Shown here: positions 56,451-64,000 of the stretch, piece after piece
How positions within the stretch are numbered: the stretch's first letter is position 1
Layout: every line of letters starts with the position of its first letter
Assembly: GCF_009914755.1 (NCBI RefSeq)
Contig: NC_060938.1
Origin: the human T2T-CHM13v2.0 reference genome, Homo sapiens
DNA: 64,000 nucleotides
Strand: one strand, 5' to 3'
Translations under genes and position numbers: made by a program
Notes under the pieces: generated by a model
What the model was told of the DNA's origin: nothing
Seen by the model: the letters and a program-made list of their open reading frames with translations, nothing else
The model's database searches: none

Positions 56451-57815
56451 TGAAGGCTTACATGAATAATTTCACATTTAAGCAATTTCTCATGTATTTG
56501 GCAATCTGATCCAGCTTTTTCCCAATGTAACCATGAAGAGCAGAGAGTAAAAAAAATTTAGATTCTTAGGTATAAGGAAACGTTCTTGTTAGCTAGAAAT
56601 GGAAATGTCAAAGCACAAAAGATGGCCTAGAGAAGTCTGTAGCTGTATGAATAATTTCAAGGATGACAACCTTTTGTAGCAATATACTTTCAGTTAACGC
56701 CCTTAAACTGCTTTCTAATAATGTACTTCATCAGAAATCCCTGCCTTGACTTGTTACACTCATATCACGTGAGTGGTCCCTTCCAATTCTTGATAACTCA
56801 CTGACACTCTGCAGGTCCTTTCTTATGTGGACATTAGCTTACTTGTCACTAGTTACTACCTCTCTTTTGTACTCTAATGTTTCTTCACAATGGAACATGT
56901 GAGTGGCACTGATATTCAGGTTCTTGAAACTTGCCTTGTGAGTTTTTCCAGACTAGTATACATTAACTACTGCTTCATTTAGTGCTTAAGCAGTTTGAGC
57001 TATTTTTCAAATTAAATGTAACTCATTTAACAGACAATAACTACCATACATTAAGTACCTACTACGTATCAGGCTCTGACTAGTCACTGCATACGTAACT
57101 GAGGTTCAGACATGCCCATGGTTATGTGGATATTCATCTACTAATCTGTCCCTGACCTCTAAGGTCTCCAACAGCCCTTAAGCACAGACATCCTATATTT
57201 GAGTCTCTTTAGAATGTTCTTTAATTACTTACCTTTCCTAGAAAATAAATGGCCAGATATTGCTCCTGAGTTCTACTTGATTTCAAGAAATGCGGCTCTT
57301 TTTCTTCATGGAAAAAGGCCATCCCTCTATTTCCTCCATTCTTATCAAGATACATATCTTTAATACAGGTCCACTGCAGCAGGATCTACCTTATGAGTGC
57401 TTGGTAGAAAAAGAGGTAGGTGCAGCAGGGATGGGTCAGAGGTGAAGGTGGGGATTGGAGGGCAGAAAGAAGGCTGGAAAAAGCTACCTCTCTGCCATGG
57501 AGCTAACAAACTACTGCTCTCTTGTTTTGTTAAGAGATTAATGGAGAAACCAGGATTTTCTGATGACAATGTTAAGACAACTTGGATCTTTAATTATTTG
57601 GTACCTGGCTAAAATCTTTTAACATTGCACAGGCTTTGGAGTTATAAGACCCAGCTCAAAACCTGGGCTCCACTGCTTCTTAGTGGAGTGGACTCTGTTC
57701 ATATTGCATAACTTCAGAGGCTCAAATTTCTTCAGCTGTAAAATAGAGATAATATCACCTCTACATAGGATGGTCATGAGATCCAAGTGAAATATTGTAT
57801 ATAAAAATGGCATCA

Positions 57816-59143
<1,328 letters not shown>

Positions 59144-59330
59144 AAATGGCATCATTAGGCCCAGGCTAACCATCAGGTCATAGTGAAAGAATGAAGAGAC
59201 ACAGAGAAAAAGACCTGCCCTACCTCCTGATGCCTAACACCGCACCTATCTCCTTTCCCTCGGGCTTCTTCTTCATCATAGAGATAAGGGGCCCTTTACC
59301 CCCATCTCTGCTTCTTGCCCACTGCCCTCA

Positions 59331-59576
<246 letters not shown>

Positions 59577-59982
59577 TCAGATGGCAAAGAAAATAACCTA
59601 TTTTCAAACTCTAAATCAAAAATTCAGAAATAATCCCAAGCAACAGCATTCCTAGGGTCTATTTCTCTTGATAGTGGTGCTTGGTACTAGCACAGTGCAA
59701 GCATTCACTCCAAACACAATTATGCAAAAAAAAAAAAAAAAAAAAAAAACAATCAGCAGAAGTTTTCTTTGCTCTTAACCTTGCTCTTCATGGCCCTTCA
59801 CAGTTTCTTAGGAGAATCAGAGATACCTGGATAAACAACCTTATCTAACAAGGCAACTGATTTTTGGCAGTAAACTTTCTGTTTGCTATTTATATCAGCT
59901 TCTGTCCAAGTATATTGTGTGTCTTAAATGTCATGGTCTGTAACAACAGTGAAAGAGGTAACCCTTTAGCAGGGTAAGATTA

Positions 59983-60379
<397 letters not shown>

Positions 60380-61299
60380 TTAAAAAATGAGGGCAATCAG
60401 ACTTATGAGTTATTAGGGTATTTTGGAGACCCAGAAAATTGGTTCTGTTTCTTTCCTTCTGTCTGGGTTGGGGATGACTTGTTCAGAAGGCTTTTTTTTT
60501 TGGTTTGGAACAATAGAGAGGCCAGGGTATAGTCCAGAGAGGAAACAGGGAGCTAGTACTTAGAGCTGTCTTTAGGCTTATGAACAAAAGATGACAGGAA
60601 CTTTGAGGTTTCTTATTAGACTGTCTAGTCTAGTTTCACAGGACAGAAAATGAGGAAAAGATTCAAGGAACATGCCCTGCTTAGTAATAAAAGATTTTAC
60701 ATTTGTCTAGATTCTTAAAAATCTCAAAGTGATGTGGTACAAGAAAGCAAAAAGTTCCAATGATATTTCTTGAATATTGGAGAAGAAAGCTCAGATTTCT
60801 TGGCTATTTCTTGGGTCCCCAGTGGGTTCCCTAAATCTTAAGGAGGCTGTTAAGTATTAGTTGCACCTTTATTTTCAGGTGGGATGTAGACTTAATAGCT
60901 GAAAGGCATTACTGCTTAAAACAACATTTTGGAGGAGTTCCAAAGCTTAAAGAATTGGGGTCCATACTAATACTCTGCAGTCTGTAGCTAAACAGAGCTG
61001 ACATTCCCATCATAGCCTACTATGCAATATGGGTCAAGACAGAAAAGCCAAGCTGTCTTCTCTAACCTGTGAACACATGGACATCTCCCTGTTTGCTTAA
61101 AGGGAGTCTGGGAGCCATGGACCCTGCATGAGAAGGGTGTCCAAGGGCACAGTGAACCCTAGCTTTGCATGAGGTGCAAAAGAAATCATAAAATTCATGA
61201 CTGCCAATTCCCCTCCCCTCCATTCCCATGCTTATTCCAACACTTGATATTTAGGTTATGCTGTAACATGAATTTGAGTTAAGAGCCACTTTTACGCAC

Positions 61300-61407
61300 T
61301 GCTGGTGAAGGTGACATTGACGCTGTAAGACTGTCCTTTGCTCAGCTGGCAGGGTTGGGTGGGGCATGGGCTCACATTCACTTCCTTTATAACTCCATCC
61401 ACAGAAC
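61300..61407 (-). CDS. NPC2: NPC2 exon 2 (108 nt; (G)[35 protein letters not shown](N))
   Basis: cag|GTTCTG...ACCAGCA|gtgcgt. Exon lengths 108+173+78+15, plus the 82-nt exon 1 CDS outside the window, give 151 aa. Confidence 0.98.
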
Positions 61408-61884
61408 CTGCAAAAGAAAAATGAATTGGAATAGGAGAATAGGAGGAGAAATAAGCCAGCTAGGCTGCCCACCACCTAATGGGAAGGTGCTCTGCTCTCC
61501 CATTTAGGGTCAACTCATTCTCCTCGGACTGTTTCCCAGGATGGAATCTTTAAGAATAATGCCCAATTAGAAGTCAGAATCTTGATTCATCTTGCTGCTA
61601 AAATCATAGCCTTTAATTCAGATGATAAAGAAGCTAGTTGGTTTTTTGATCAAGAGAAAGTTAATATTTGTCAAACTAAATAATATCAAGACCATATCCA
61701 TAAATGATCATATTAAAGGAATTAAACTTCAATCAGAGAAATTCCAAACATTCCTAGAGTCTTATCTCGCATTCTTAATGGTAAGGGTCACAGTTTAAAC
61801 TTAAACCTTGAAGACGTTTGCTTCAACCTTCCTTTGGATGAAAATATTCCTATTTTCCCTTTCTTTTTCTAGCATATAGATTAG

Positions 61885-62604
<720 letters not shown>

Positions 62605-63374
62605 TCAGAAATGAATTACAACATCTTTCTACCTCAAGTTCTACATGAGCAAACACTGATTGAGGGAGTCTGCTATTATTGCTTGGAAAGTCTGCCAGAT
62701 CCCAAAACAGACTGAACCTTTCTTGAATCTGGCTTCAAGAGTTTTTAGTTCCTGAATCATTCATTTTTAGACTCTATGGAAATTGTACCTTGACTAGCAA
62801 GAATGAAGGAAAGCAGAGGCATCTGAAGAAAACATCTCACAACAATGGTATTTATCATCCTTGTTTTAGGGGTTAGAAACCAGAAGAGCAAAGATTACTG
62901 AGATTTGTCCAAGGTCACATTGCCTGGAAGGGGCAGATCGAAGACTCAATGGGTGGGCCTGACTTGGAAGCCCTTGTTACCGGAACCTGAAAGAAGCTTT
63001 AAATACGCAGCCATGTTGATGAATGGAAGGACACCCCAAGGAAATTTGCATCTGAGAACTACTTGAGGACTCTGGATGAAGGTCTGTCTCAAACTCAACT
63101 TTTCAGGTTTCTTAATTCAGCATCGCCTCTTTGCCCCTCACCATGATTCTCTTTCTATCGTAGAGGTTCAACCCCTATATCCTCTGTGATTTTCAGTGAT
63201 GAAGTATCTTCTATCCAGATTTTGTACCCTTTCTCCCAAACTGCTGGTAAATCCTTTGCCCAGTATTTTGTCTTCCTGGAATCCCTTCTTTCTTTCACCC
63301 CAACTTGACTTCCTAGAGAAATAAGCAGCACTATTAAAGGTATAGGTAAAACGATGAAAAGTGTCAGAATATCA

Positions 63375-63747
<373 letters not shown>

Positions 63748-63756
63748 CTATGGAAT

Positions 63757-63885
63757 TTAAGAGGAACTACCACTTAACACTGAACAGAGGAGTGACCCTA
63801 AACAGAAAAACCACCTACCATCTCTGAACTAGGAATGACCCTTAAGAGAGGAACTACCTCCCACTTCTGAATTGGGAACTGCACC
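63757..63885. repeat. Degenerate minisatellite, 3 x ~43 bp
   Basis: Units ttaagaggaactaccac...ctgaacagaggagtgaccc / taaacagaaaaaccacc...ctgaactaggaatgaccc / ttaagagaggaactacc...ctgaattgggaactgcacc. Confidence 0.65.
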
Positions 63886-64000
63886 ATTTTCACTGCACTT
63901 CTGCAGTTTCTTCAATGATTTAGTCCTGTTCTTTAAGGCCCACTTATGAGTCATGAAATATTTTGGCTCCAAAAACAACAGGAAGTACCTTAAATCTTGA

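Noticed and set aside
59727-59749. Isolated poly(A) run in NPC2 intron 2
   Set aside because: No attached element or TSD seen; treated as a simple mononucleotide repeat

Overview
Primate genomic DNA, most likely human; the gene content matches the SYNDIG1L-NPC2 interval of chr14q24.3. The left edge (1-370) is a CpG-island promoter and probable first exon of a minus-strand gene, likely SYNDIG1L by synteny. About 50 kb of repeat-dense intergenic DNA follows: more than 35 Alus, a fragmented old L1, L2/MIR, THE1/MST/MLT and LTR22 solo LTRs, and Tigger-type DNA transposons. The right end holds NPC2 exons 2-5 on the minus strand; exon 1 is outside the window. MIR4709 lies in the NPC2 3'UTR, and a RAP1A processed pseudogene sits antisense in NPC2 intron 3. 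I see no convincing new protein-coding system, and almost all listed ORFs are Alu, L1 or chance frames. The best second-look items are two local templated insertions, alternative NPC2 C-termini, a triple RFX X-box cluster, a near-consensus REST RE1 site, an ETS/AP-1 minisatellite in NPC2 intron 1, and inverted Alus flanking NPC2 exon 2. Repeat family names come from recalled consensus sequences, and repeat boundaries are approximate unless a TSD is cited.
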